A DNA stretch of 64,000 nt from NCBI GenBank assembly GCA_024704765.1, contig JAKMXF010000014.1:35242-99241 (forward strand), written 5' to 3'. This document shows positions 12,831 through 24,236 of the stretch, in pieces. Below the pieces are notes generated by a model, which was not told where the DNA came from, did not search any database, and saw only the letters and a list, made by a program, of their open reading frames with translations. Numbering within the stretch: the first letter of the stretch is position 1; each line of letters opens with the position of its first letter. This DNA is from Oopsacas minuta. Its lineage: Eukaryota; Animalia; Porifera. The translations under genes were made by a program, and so were the position numbers.

Positions 12831-13382
12831 CTTGTAATTATTATTATTCAGCCGTGTTCTCTTATTAGCAATTTGTATAATAGCCAAATCCGCCTATTAG
12901 CATCATTTCTGAGGACATTAAGTGCATCTTTGTATTCGCATAATAGCAAATTCTCATATACAGTATTATCAAGGAAAATTCATGCACGATTTGCCAAGAG
13001 GCGAAAACCATGGCATGCGCTTTAGTCGCCGCTTCGCAGGGGTCAGCGTAGGGACGCCGAAAAATGTATTTACACTGAATGGGGAGCTGTCAACTTCCCA
13101 TAACTGGAAATATTTCCTTCCAGGTAGTTTGTTCCTAAGTAAGCAGGATGGAATGCATTTGTTAATTTCCAACCAGTTTAAAAATTATAAATTAGATATC
13201 TTATGGAGAATTATTTATAATAAAAATCAGAAATTTTAATACTACTAATGCGAAAAAATGTAAATTTTAACAGAATCAGAATTATGCCGCCTCTTAGAAG
13301 TCGCGGCTGAATTTTAAACGAGAATACAAATGTTGAATTTACGAAATATAGCAAGTACTAAAATGCCAGTTAACAAAAACAG

Positions 13383-14036
13383 CTAAGAAAGTATACAACC
13401 ATTCAGATCAGTCCGAGTGTTTATAGCAAATATTACTACGTCAGCTATCCACCAGGAACTAACAATAGAGAAAACAAAAAGTGATATACATAATACAACA
13501 ATAATAGCCATAACCCATGAAAGCTTTTTGCCCTCACTATCTGAGTTACTTTTCAGAGAACTCTCCAAACCACAATGTAATATTTCTCCTATTAGAGGGA
13601 AAATCAGTAAAACCATGAACAGGAATAATTGCCCTATTCCCAGGTCAATTCTCCCTATGTAGAAGTTAGCAGCACCTAGAACACCTATAAATATCTGTAA
13701 CAGCAGTGCAGTCAGCCGATTACGTGCTGTACTCTCACAGTGACCAAGACTGAATGAGTATTGATAGCATTGTGTATTGAGTACACACGAATCTGTGGAA
13801 TTGCTTGTGTTGCTATTGAATATGAAGCAGGTGGCGTCCTCACAGGTACAACGATTGGCTAAACATTTAACTGATTGATTGCTAGCATTAAAGTTAAGTA
13901 AAGTGCTAGTACAGTTCTGATCAGTATCACAGTCAGCTGATTGAGAATACACTATAAATAGTGTTAGCAACAAAAAGAATGATATATGAATAATATGCAT
14001 AGCTAATTTTAGAATATAAATATTACTGTATTGCAT
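13383..14036 (-). CDS. TM2 domain-containing membrane protein, single exon
   Basis: Signal-like N-terminus (MHIIHISFFLLLTLFIVYSQS, ATG at 14000), Cys-rich ectodomain, TM2 motif RNRLTALLLQIFIGVLGAANFYIG, further hydrophobic helices. Confidence 0.8.
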   Translation of the reverse strand: MQYSNIYILKLAMHIIHISFFLLLTLFIVYSQSADCDTDQNCTSTLLNFNASNQSVKCLANRCTCEDATCFIFNSNTSNSTDSCVLNTQCYQYSFSLGHCESTARNRLTALLLQIFIGVLGAANFYIGRIDLGIGQLFLFMVLLIFPLIGEILHCGLESSLKSNSDSEGKKLSWVMAIIVVLCISLFVFSIVSSWWIADVVIFAINTRTDLNGCILS

Positions 14037-14766
14037 TTACAGACGACAATCGTTAATTCGAACTCCTACGGCAAAAATTGATTCGAATTATTGAATATTG
14101 TATTCTAGTGAACATCTAGTATAATCTGGCAATTATAGATTATACTATATCTTCATTAGAAAAGTTGTTGAATTACTTGAAATATATTTTTCTATATATT
14201 TTGTGATATTTTCATATTTCCAGTGACAATCAAGTATCAGTCCTTAAAATTACTCTACCTGGGCTGAAACATCAATGAAATATCTAATGCGTTTACATTT
14301 TGTAGAAGTTAGAATTATCGAACGGAACTTATTTTAATACCATTCAAGGTAAATTCAAGTCTGTTCGAATCAACGGACGGATTTTGTATTGAATTTATGC
14401 GAGAGTTTCAAGGGAAAAATATTTCGAATTAATGGTAGTCGGCTGTAGTTTGTTTTTACTGTGCCGACTATATTTGTATTAAAGATTTGTTTCATTTGCC
14501 ATTATAAGATGAAAATTTTTACCTTAAAACGCAGTGGATATTTTTTAACCATTGTGTCAAATGATTAATTAAACGTGTAGAATAATCACCAGGTGGCCTC
14601 TCCCTTTTATATTCGATTGCGGATACCAAGTGCTATATTTAATTAGCTAAATGAAACAATAGTTAAACACACCATTGAATGGAATAACCCAATCGATAAA
14701 GTATTACACTTTATTGAAAGGAATGGAATAAATACAAAAAAAGGATAAATTAGAATAAGTAGAACA

Positions 14767-15696
14767 TTAGAATATCTGTAGACAACTCATACTAGCACAA
14801 CTTGCAACAATAATTCTGCCATTATAATCTACTGTAATTCCTGTTGGATAAGAAATAGAGATTTTATGGATACATTCATATTCAGAATTGAAAATAAGAA
14901 TAGAATCAGATCCATAATCTGTGATTAGAATATTACCAGAGTTGTCTAGAAAGAAGAACGAAGGAAATATCACTTGCTGTCCTTCTCCTCTAGAAATTAT
15001 ATTCTTTTGTAGAATTAGATCTTTGTCGAAAATGTGTAGACATGGGTTTGATGCATCCAGGATAAAAATTTTGTCTTTATTGAGTTTGATATCAATAGGT
15101 TTTGTGTCTCTAGCAAACTTCGACTTGAAATGAAGGTTTTCTGAGAGTATTTGAATGCGGTTGTTACTATAATCACAAATATAAACATCTCCATTTGATT
15201 CATCGATTGTTATACCCCAAGGATAATTAAACTCTAATTCTCCGTTTCCAAGTTTACCTATTTTAGAAACAAACTTTCCATCCAATTGATAGTTCATGAT
15301 ACAGTGATTATCTTGAGAAATAAGAACTCTATTTCTACAAATAGCTAAACATTTCGGGTAGCTCATATTACCATCATCGTTGCTGTCTCCGAATCTGAAT
15401 AAATACTTAGCAGTACTGTCAAATACTTTAACGCAATGATTGCATTGATCTGCTAAATAAATATTTCCCATTTGGTTATCTACTGTAATACCTAGTGGTG
15501 TGCCAAGTTGTCCATCCCCAATTCTTTCCTTACAAATACTCGCTAGAGGTTGTTTCTTGCTTGTATAATCAATTCCTCTCATTTTCTCCGCCAACTCTCC
15601 CAACTTGTTTACTTCACTAAATGTTTTTGATTTCAATTCCAACTCAAAATTATCTCTTCTATTCTCTTTCTCCCTCGGAGGATTAGCTGTAGCCAT
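14767..15696 (-). CDS. NHL-repeat beta-propeller protein (TRIM-NHL-like C-terminus, no RING/B-box), single exon
   Basis: 309 aa; repeated PxGIxVD...IYxxD...NxRIQ motifs. Confidence 0.85.
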   Translation of the reverse strand: MATANPPREKENRRDNFELELKSKTFSEVNKLGELAEKMRGIDYTSKKQPLASICKERIGDGQLGTPLGITVDNQMGNIYLADQCNHCVKVFDSTAKYLFRFGDSNDDGNMSYPKCLAICRNRVLISQDNHCIMNYQLDGKFVSKIGKLGNGELEFNYPWGITIDESNGDVYICDYSNNRIQILSENLHFKSKFARDTKPIDIKLNKDKIFILDASNPCLHIFDKDLILQKNIISRGEGQQVIFPSFFFLDNSGNILITDYGSDSILIFNSEYECIHKISISYPTGITVDYNGRIIVASCASMSCLQIF

Positions 15697-15887
15697 TTGA
15701 TTTATTTGTTCCAGTTATAACTTACAAATTGTTTATTAGAAATAATTCAATTCTACAATAATATTACACCTATTGTTATGACTAATGAGTTCGTAATTAT
15801 ATCATTGGATAATATTAATCCAGTATATCTACACAAATTCGCTATTTACAATTCCAACAAGAATAAAACGATTACATCACTTATAGT

Positions 15888-17051
15888 CTAAAAATATTTT
15901 CTATGTATAATGCAAGGACCCCATTCATCATACTCCCATATAGTAATAGATATATCTTTGAATGTAGAAAGAGAAGCTATTAAGGCTCCTCCCATCCATG
16001 CGAGGTATTTTCTCTCAGCTGGTGCTATCACTCTTACACTGGTAGTGCTAGGAGCAAGGAAAGATATCTCCTTCTCCAACCGCTCTCTGATCCCAGGGAA
16101 CATGCAATTACCACCTGACAGTACTATATTAGCATACAGGTGTTTACGTGTGTCCATATCACACATGTTTATAGAGGAGTATATGCTCTGATGAATACCA
16201 GAGGGGTCACATTTGGACAGGAGGAGGGAAGGTTGGAAGAGAGCTTCTGGACAGCTGAACAACTCTTTGTCTAGATAAATATACTTACCGTCAGGCAGCT
16301 CGTATCTCCTCCCTAGCTTCTCACAACTTGTAGCAGATGATGATGATGATGTCATAGCCATATCACGTTGATAATCTTGAGATACGTGAGTGAGTTCCTC
16401 TTTGATGTCACGAACAATATTTCTCTGATGGGAGTTACTGCATAATAACTGACCATAGCGTTCATCCAAAGACTGATAGAGGTAGTCAGTGAGTAGTGCT
16501 CCACATGTGTGTACAGGCTGTATAGCTTCTGGGATAGGGTTAGAATTAAATACAGGAATTGCCTGAGATACCGCGTGACCAGATTCTAAGACTATTCCAG
16601 TAGTACGACCTGTTCCAAAGAGAGAGAGTTTAGCACTACTAGACATACACAGTCTTGGTATGTTGTATGTTTCAAACATTATTTGAGCTATCTTCTCACG
16701 GTTGGCTTTAGAATTAATTTGTGTGTCAGTCAGTAAGACAGGATTTTCTTCAGGTGCTACACGTAGTCTGTAGAATGTATCCCACCATACAAGTTCCATA
16801 TCATCCCAGTTAGTTATAATCCCATTCTCGATTGGATTTTTGGTTCTAAGTATTCCATCTAGTTTGAGAGCTTCATAGCCCACTAAAGGTTTCAAACCAT
16901 TCACCATACATATATGTTTATACCGACCTATGATGCAGGGGATTTCCAAACAAGGAAGTTGATCTTTAGCAAATCCTGCTTTGATATGATCAGTACCATT
17001 ATCTAGTATAACTGGGGGTAGAGGATATTGATCCATCTGGTACCCAAACAT
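15888..17051 (-). CDS. Divergent actin / actin-related protein, single exon
   Basis: 387 aa colinear with actin: ILDNG...KAGFA, PIENGIITNWDDME, PEENPVLLT, ANREK, GRTTGIVL, YELPDG, CPEALFQPS, LYANIVLSGGNCMFPGI.ERL, PAERKY.AW.GG, IHRKYF. Confidence 0.9.
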   Translation of the reverse strand: MFGYQMDQYPLPPVILDNGTDHIKAGFAKDQLPCLEIPCIIGRYKHICMVNGLKPLVGYEALKLDGILRTKNPIENGIITNWDDMELVWWDTFYRLRVAPEENPVLLTDTQINSKANREKIAQIMFETYNIPRLCMSSSAKLSLFGTGRTTGIVLESGHAVSQAIPVFNSNPIPEAIQPVHTCGALLTDYLYQSLDERYGQLLCSNSHQRNIVRDIKEELTHVSQDYQRDMAMTSSSSSATSCEKLGRRYELPDGKYIYLDKELFSCPEALFQPSLLLSKCDPSGIHQSIYSSINMCDMDTRKHLYANIVLSGGNCMFPGIRERLEKEISFLAPSTTSVRVIAPAERKYLAWMGGALIASLSTFKDISITIWEYDEWGPCIIHRKYF

Positions 17052-17476
17052 TCATTTTTGTAATAATTAGTGTTATACTTATACTGTATGTATAGAAACG
17101 CCAACCTTTGTGAATAGCATATAAACTGCATGCCTGAACACAGAGCCGGGCTAATTTTGGATGCAAACTAATATATTAAGGTAGTATACTATATTTATAT
17201 GTTTCCTAAAAATATTGATTATAATAATTTAAAACACCAATCCGTATTGCGGGATAAGTAATTTCCAATTGGAGAGGATCAGTGTCTGAATATGCGAATA
17301 TTAATGTTATTGAAGGATTCATTTACACTAGTTCTGCATGCAAAATTACCTATACGACCTATTTGATTCCTCATTCATTCCGCACTGCGCATTATTAACA
17401 CTTTTCATAGCTCAGTTGGAGAAGATATTTTTAGAATATTGAGAATGATATAAAATAAAATCAGAGGAGTCCATAA

Positions 17477-19399
17477 TTAATTCTTGCTACTGTTTTTCTG
17501 AATTATTTCCATTCTTGTTATAGAATACATCTCCCTTATATTCCTATACACTATTCCCTCTCCATAACATAATTTTACAGATATCATTCCTCTCTCAATA
17601 TACTCCATTGCCTCTTCAATACAATCTAGTTGTAATAGAAGTTTAGCTAGTTTTACTGTGTTTATTACTACACAAGGGTAATTATTCGCTATTCCTATCT
17701 CTGTATACCATATTGAGAGTTTCTTGCCACTAACCATTGCTTCTTTCCAGTTGCCCAGTTCTATATGTGCGTCCATAATCTGCTCCAATATTCTGACTGT
17801 TTCATAATCTGCTTTTTGTTTACAATCAAACAAACTATTAGTTGTTTCTAGAATATTCTTCCATTCTAAAAGCTTTCTACTTTCTATTATCTCTCGTAAT
17901 AATATGCTATTCGTATTTGGCACCATTGGTCTGTCATATTCTTCTAGACACGTATTACACTCACATTTGAAAAGATAGCCTTTCAACAGTTCGTATCTTC
18001 TCTCTTCTATTCCCTGTATAATATCAATGTAGCTAACGGTTAATTCATCTCCTGCCGCTACTCTCTCTATTGCTCGGATTGTAATTTGTCTCCCAGAGAA
18101 ATGTTGTACACAGTTCGGCCTGCAGGAGTGGTTAAGAAGGGAAGCTACAGAGTATACCGCTACAGCTTTTGGGACTAATTCCTCTGTCAATACTGAAAAA
18201 GTATTTGTGTAAAGTTTCTCTAAAGCTCTGTACACCAGTTGAGAACTAAAATTGAATTTTCCATTCAATCTGACCATAACTAACTGCACATACTGCGAAA
18301 ACATCTCCTTAGTAATTTCCGGAATATTCTCTTGTGATCCCATGAGTTGTATCTCATCACAAAACGTATCTCCTTGTTGTCGTCTACTTTTAACAAAGTT
18401 TAGTAAAATAAATAATATTAGTAAAAAATCTCCGATGTCAATACAATATACCGAAAAATTACACGATACGACAATTTTGGTTCTACATTTCTATCAAGGC
18501 TGTGTTTATAGTACCGGTACAGGGAGCGAGGAAATCTTCATTACCAGTAAGGGCTAATGGTTTGAATCCCATTCAGTAACAAAATATTGCATCAAACACC
18601 CATAGTGACATCTAGGAGGTAGTAAAACAGCTGTGTACATTGAGGAGCATTATTGACATTATCCAATGTAAAAGTCTGAACTATACGAAAAATAGTGAGA
18701 TAAAATCCACCAATACGCAATACAAATCGAAGCAATATCTAACCTGATATCTCAATCAAGCAACGAAATATTACATCCAAAGTAACATAGGTGGAAGTGA
18801 AACGTCTGGACAACATACAGGAAATACTACCGAGATCTGTTAAATTTACTTAATGTCTTGGTACCGGTACTGTAGCCACAGAGACGTGGCCAGTGTATGG
18901 CACCTGCGGCTCCTGTACCCACTACTTTCCGCACCATCGAAACATGGGAAAATATGGAAATAGTCGAAAATATCGGGAAATATCTGAAAACAATATGATA
19001 AAACATTTCATTTGTATCACTACCATACCTTGATTTTAATATATTTTGATTCTTCTTCAATAATCTTATAAGCAATAACAGGAGGGTAGGTATATTCTTC
19101 TCTCCTGTAGCACTAAAACTTATATCACATTCTGCTGAATGTAGTGACCAATCTCTCTTCTGACATTCTCTATCACAATACCTTGCTCTCTTACAAACAG
19201 AACATTTCAACAAATCGTGTGGAGAACACATACATGAATAGCATGTAGACTGTTCATATTCTGGGATAACACAAATAGCTATAGCAGTGTCTTGAATTAT
19301 AACATCACCCGGATTTCTCTGATGTGTAGAAGTTAGTGATCTTCCTTTCTTCTCGTCTAACTCTATCATGATGAGCTTTTCCTTCAGCAACGTTTCCAT
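17477..19399 (-). CDS. SET and MYND domain protein lysine methyltransferase (SMYD family)
   Basis: Exon 1 19399-19029 (KGR, MYND finger CYSC...CSVCKRARYCDRECQKRDWSLHSAEC; donor AG|gtatgg); exon 2 from 18386 or 18383 to 17477 (LLNHSCRPNC, GDELTVSYID, YLFKCEC..C, TPR-like C-terminus). A two-exon model stays in frame. Confidence 0.85.
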
Positions 19400-20208
19400 T
19401 TGATATGTAAATCTAGTTTAGTTATACAAAAGTTAGAGGATGTCCGACCGGACTAGTTTTGGCAACCAAACTGAGCCGGTGTAGATTTTTTAATAATAGA
19501 GCAGATTCATCGAAAATTTTATCAAAAACTCCAAAACAAAGAGATACTGATACATCATTTCTGGTACGGTTACATTTGACATTAAGCCATAAAAATCAAC
19601 AATTCTAAAGGAAGGTAAACATCTGAGCGACAATTGTGCCTAGAAATAGAGCTACAGTGGTTAATGGTATCTCTTATAACAAACAATAACGGACAATGGG
19701 ACAATGGTTCTGATCCCAAAGTGTCCGTTGTTTAGAGGCTTATGATGGACTATTAAAACGTATAGGAGCTAGCTTTTTAATTAAATCTATAAAATCTGTA
19801 CAGACAACCCTAAAAGCCAAGTAAGCCTTTCCCCAGAAGTCCTCGGTAAAAACGGCCCCTGAGAATACAAGTTTGGGGCGTAGACCCTCGGGCCCCCAAA
19901 CACCAATCATTGTAAATCTAGAGTCTGCATAGATAGGTCCAAAATATTTACACGGACCGATTTAGCTAAAACTGGTTGGTGGAACAAATATGGCTAGCTA
20001 AAGAGGGACGTGGGAGACAGGCTCAGGTGACCAAAAGTCGTCCTGCCGAACCACATTAAGCCCAGAAAATTTGGCGTGACAGGGCAACTCTGAATAAGAA
20101 GATAATTGTAAAAAGTTATAAGAAATAGAATAAGAATAAAAGTTATACACGAATTGTATAAAGAAAATATTAGCTATGAATGAATGAATAATTACATGCA
20201 AGATAAGT

Positions 20209-21477
20209 TCAAAAGAATTGTAGACAATTAGTATTCTTCTGACAAACAACTATAATGTGTCCTGTGTTGTCTAGTGCTATTCCAAATGGGTAATAGAACT
20301 CCCCGATACCCTGACCTTCCTTACCAAACTTGTGTATCTGTTCTCCCCCCTGATTGAATACATACACACAGTGATTACTGTTGTCACTCACAATCATGTT
20401 ATAATCTCTGTCTATGTCGAAACAGAATGGATTGTTTGTTTGTTTGCCATCACCTCGAGTTATCAGTCTGTTGATTAGAACGTGATCCGAATTGAACACA
20501 AACATACACGGATCACTTCTATCTAGCACCAATACTCTGTCTCTTGTAACCTTTACGTCAAAAGGATCCTCAAACAAATCTATTCCTAGCATTGAATGGA
20601 ACTTGAGTTTTTGAGTTAAGATTTGAACTCTACGATTATAAAAATCACATACATACACATTGCTATTTCTATCAGAGACATCTAGTCCCTGTGGATTGTA
20701 GAACTGAGCTTCTCCATTCCCTTCCCTACCAACACTCTTGATTAGTTTCCCTCCTAGCTCGTACTTATTAATACAATGACCACAGTTTTGTGTAACAAAC
20801 ACATAATTGTGAGATATACAGATACCTACTGGTTTGTTCATCTTCTCACTGAACATGAAGAGATAGTCTCCGTTACTGCTAAATACCTGTACATGATGGT
20901 TGTTCATATCAGCTATGTATATGTTTCCAGTTTGGTAATGTATTGCTATAGCTCTAGGACAGTTCATTTCTCCTGGAGCTTTCTTGTCTGAATACTTACA
21001 GTAATAAGCAGTAGGCAGCTGTTTAGCCTTGTAGTCAGGTACAACAGGCTTCACTTGAGGAGGGAAGGTGTGGGTGGGAGATATGTTAGTCTGACTGTTA
21101 AGCTTAATACTCCCTAGCTGTTCTATGTCAGTCTCGAATTGATCGTTCCATTTAAACTCAATGCTACTGTCTGTCTCAGCTGTTAGTTCTGTTATCTTCT
21201 TTTCAATAGCTGATTGAATTATTTGTTGAATGTCAGTGAGTTTATTAGCGGAGAGAGTCTCTGTAGCTTGTGCCATTTCTTTGTTCAAAGCTTCGACCAA
21301 TGAATTCATTTCTTGAGTTTTGCTATTATAATCTTTCTCTATTTGATCAATACGAGAGAGGAGGATACTCTCTCTGAGTTGTAGAGCTTCATGCGACTTC
21401 TTGAAGCAGTCTCTAATCCTCATTCTAGACTCTTTTATCTGAGTTATGAAACTCAAATCAACTTCTGCAGTAGCCAT
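20209..21477 (-). CDS. Coiled-coil + NHL-repeat protein, paralog A, single exon, 422 aa
   Basis: ATG MATAEVDL at 21477 (the ORF-track start at 21531 is upstream of it); six NHL blades; near-identical to copies at 24237, 30749 and 46240. Confidence 0.9.
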   Translation of the reverse strand: MATAEVDLSFITQIKESRMRIRDCFKKSHEALQLRESILLSRIDQIEKDYNSKTQEMNSLVEALNKEMAQATETLSANKLTDIQQIIQSAIEKKITELTAETDSSIEFKWNDQFETDIEQLGSIKLNSQTNISPTHTFPPQVKPVVPDYKAKQLPTAYYCKYSDKKAPGEMNCPRAIAIHYQTGNIYIADMNNHHVQVFSSNGDYLFMFSEKMNKPVGICISHNYVFVTQNCGHCINKYELGGKLIKSVGREGNGEAQFYNPQGLDVSDRNSNVYVCDFYNRRVQILTQKLKFHSMLGIDLFEDPFDVKVTRDRVLVLDRSDPCMFVFNSDHVLINRLITRGDGKQTNNPFCFDIDRDYNMIVSDNSNHCVYVFNQGGEQIHKFGKEGQGIGEFYYPFGIALDNTGHIIVVCQKNTNCLQFF

Positions 21478-21715
21478 CTGGGTAGAAAAAATTCCTTTTG
21501 TGAAATGAGTGATAGTGAATATGCTAAACAATAGATACAGTAGAAACCTCTATAAGTGGGGGAGGCCGAAGGTGGGGCGCGAATCTCCTGATAACCCCCC
21601 ATTCCCCATTCATACTTCCAAATATAAATGTCCTTGACGACAGATATACGAGTCAAATGTATAGCAACTACACGGGTCAAGAAACGTGAACAAGTATTCT
21701 GTACAGTATTCCGTA

Positions 21716-21808
21716 GGGAATCCTGTTTCCCTAAACATCATTCATTAGTGAATAATGTTTGGGCGATCAATATTCACCAAGGGGAAACACTCAGAGAACA
21801 GGATTCCC
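21716..21808. mobile_element. Short MITE with 12-bp TIRs and TA flanks
   Basis: ta|gggaatcctgtt ... aacaggattccc|ta with an internal palindrome; related rearranged sequence at about 32290-32380. Confidence 0.65.
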
Positions 21809-21848
21809 TATGACACCGTCATTAATCGATCACCAAATTTATGATCCC

Positions 21849-21877
21849 ATCACGATCACGATCACGATCACGATCAT
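21849..21877. repeat. (CACGAT)n microsatellite
   Basis: Four tandem cacgat units plus a partial unit. Confidence 0.85.
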
Positions 21878-23220
21878 TAAAAAATGATCGAAGATCGTGA
21901 TTCGATCCTTTCGCCAAAAAAGGATTATGAACCTAACGCTATTACGTCCACTATCAGATTTCTAATCACTTTTCAGAAATTTATAAGCGGCTCCTATAGA
22001 GAAATGCGATATTACGCACGTCCGTTCGTTCGTGCGACCATGCGAAATCTACCAATCGCCATCAAATTAGTACAAGCCTACACATCGAAATCAGCCACGT
22101 ATATACCTACGTATTGCGTAACTAGCATTAAGGCAGAGGAAGCAATTGCCTCCTCGCTTTTTCGGGGCTCCCTTATCTCCTTATTGTAATCACCTCTATA
22201 TATTGAGGCAAATATTCATCCCTGCCTCCTCGCTCAGGGATTTCTAGTTACGCTCTAGCAATTAATTCAATTAGAGTGGTCTAATGAAATAATTATGTAC
22301 ACACTGCTAGAATAGGATAAAAATCTCAAATCATCGCCTGTGACCACGAAATTTCATTCAAGAAATTATACTGCCTTTTTGAATCTGTAAATTTCTACCG
22401 AATAATTTGGCTTAACATGAAGTCTCTATATTATAAATAACATTCTTGTCCCGTGATGGTTACGACAAGCGAAGTCTCTAACTGCAGTGTATAAATGCTA
22501 TACACATAAGCCTGTAATCGTAAGCTAATGACTATCTATCTAGTATATAGTATGTCACTGGATATAGCAAAAGTATAAACACTATTGAGATAGCCAACCA
22601 TTTAATGCTGAGCCTTTAGGGTGGCTGAACACGAATTGATCAGGTTTATGCTATCGGTCTGGACCGCCCTGTCCGGTCCATCAAATTCCCGGATCGCTGC
22701 AACACTGACATGTGTATGCTACGCTCCAGGATGTCTTACAAATAAGTACCTTATGTCCCGCTTTTCTGTTAAACCTGGTATTGTATCTGTTTCAAATCCA
22801 CAGGCGGATCTCCAGTGCAGTGGCTGGTAGAGTTGGGGGTGTGGGGGCTTACTCCCCAGAAAAAAATCACTTTTAAGCTGTTAAGTTAACCGCCAACCTG
22901 TCAGTTTAGAATATTCCAGGAAATCATAATAATATTAATGTTACCCTAATTCTTACATTCTGTAGGTGTAATCTGCTAGTCAATAAATATATTTTGAATT
23001 TACTGTATCCTAACAAATGCTATTACATTAGTATAGTGTCTCAGTTCTAAAATGGTTGACTTAGAATATACGTATTTATGTTTGTATGTTTTCGCTCTGC
23101 TGTTCACACCTTTAGAGATTAAGACACCAAATTCGGCATGTATACTCGTAGTGACATCTAGTTGTGTACCTGACATATGAAAAATTTATAATGTATACAT
23201 TTTCACACCTTTAGACACCT

Positions 23221-23791
23221 GGGGCCTTATTAACTAAAATTCTTAACTAAAATTCTTAGAATTTTGCTTAACTTTAAGTCAAATTCTTAGAATAATTCTA
23301 ACAATTCGAACAATTCTAAGAAAAATATTTAGTGAGGTAAAGAGGACACTTAACTTATAATTTATTCTACTTTTCTATGAAATGATAATCAATACGCATT
23401 TAATAATAAAGAAGATTGTTTATCGCTTAAGACAATATGTTTGATTATCATATCTACATGTGGTAATATCCGCTATTGGGTGGGGCAATTTATCTCATTA
23501 ATGATAAATGAAGTATACAAGTAGAAGGATATTATTTTCTACTATGAGCATATCTTCTCAAAAAGCGATTGAAGTCGAATGAATTGGCATAAATTTTATT
23601 AATCAATAACAAGAATCAATCAAGTAGAATTACCCAATTCTAAGAATTATTCTTAGAATCCGTTAAGTATAGCCAAGTTAAGAATTCTTAACGAAAACTA
23701 AGAATATTTCATGAATTCTTAGAATTATTCTTAGAAATACACTTAGAATTAAGTTAAGAATAATTCTTAGAATTTTAGTTAATAAGGCCCC
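23221..23791. mobile_element. About 570-bp foldback MITE with GGGGCC ends (possibly PIF/Harbinger-like)
   Basis: 23-bp TIR ggggccttattaactaaaattct ... agaattttagttaataaggcccc; many internal ttaagaat/attcttag subrepeats; a related end at about 35195. Confidence 0.75.
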
Positions 23792-24236
23792 TGTATTTTA
23801 ACAGAATCAAATTGTAGGTTTACAATTAAGCTTAAATGCATAAAATTAGTTCTGGTGGAGTTTATGTAATGTAATTAGCTCTGTAATGTATTTGTATTGA
23901 CCATAGACTGCAATTCTATTGGTCAATACATTCTATGAATATATATGTACATTTATCATATGATTAATCATTTCACACCTTTTTGGTGAACATTTCAAAA
24001 TTATCCTAGAGGTTAGGTTACACTTGTTAAATAGGAGTAAACAGGGATGTTAATTTCGATTTTATCTTTCTTTGGTAAAATGGATATTTTTAGTAGAAAA
24101 ATATAATTTCAATAATCCACTAAAATGAATTTGGGAAAATTAAAGTCGGCACAGAGAATGATTCAAGAGTTGTATGGTGAAAATCTAGAAATTGTATACA
24201 CGAATAATGTTGTTACTTGTTTGTAAGTCAAAAGAA

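Noticed and set aside
18827-19028. C-terminal part of the 190-aa ORF as SMYD coding sequence
   Set aside because: It follows the donor at 19028 and has no SET similarity, so it is intronic.
20776-20991. Recurring antisense ORFs in NHL paralogs (also 24804, 31235, 46726) and in CRAT, CTL and Ig exons
   Set aside because: They are shadows of the sense coding sequence, and their recurrence simply reflects paralog identity.
21884-22830. ORFs 21884-22189 and 22621-22830, and similar 60-115 aa ORFs at 12825-13239, 36208, 39796, 40107, 42583-43694 and 53307-53889
   Set aside because: No recognisable motifs, several non-ATG starts, and overlap with repeat fragments; consistent with chance.
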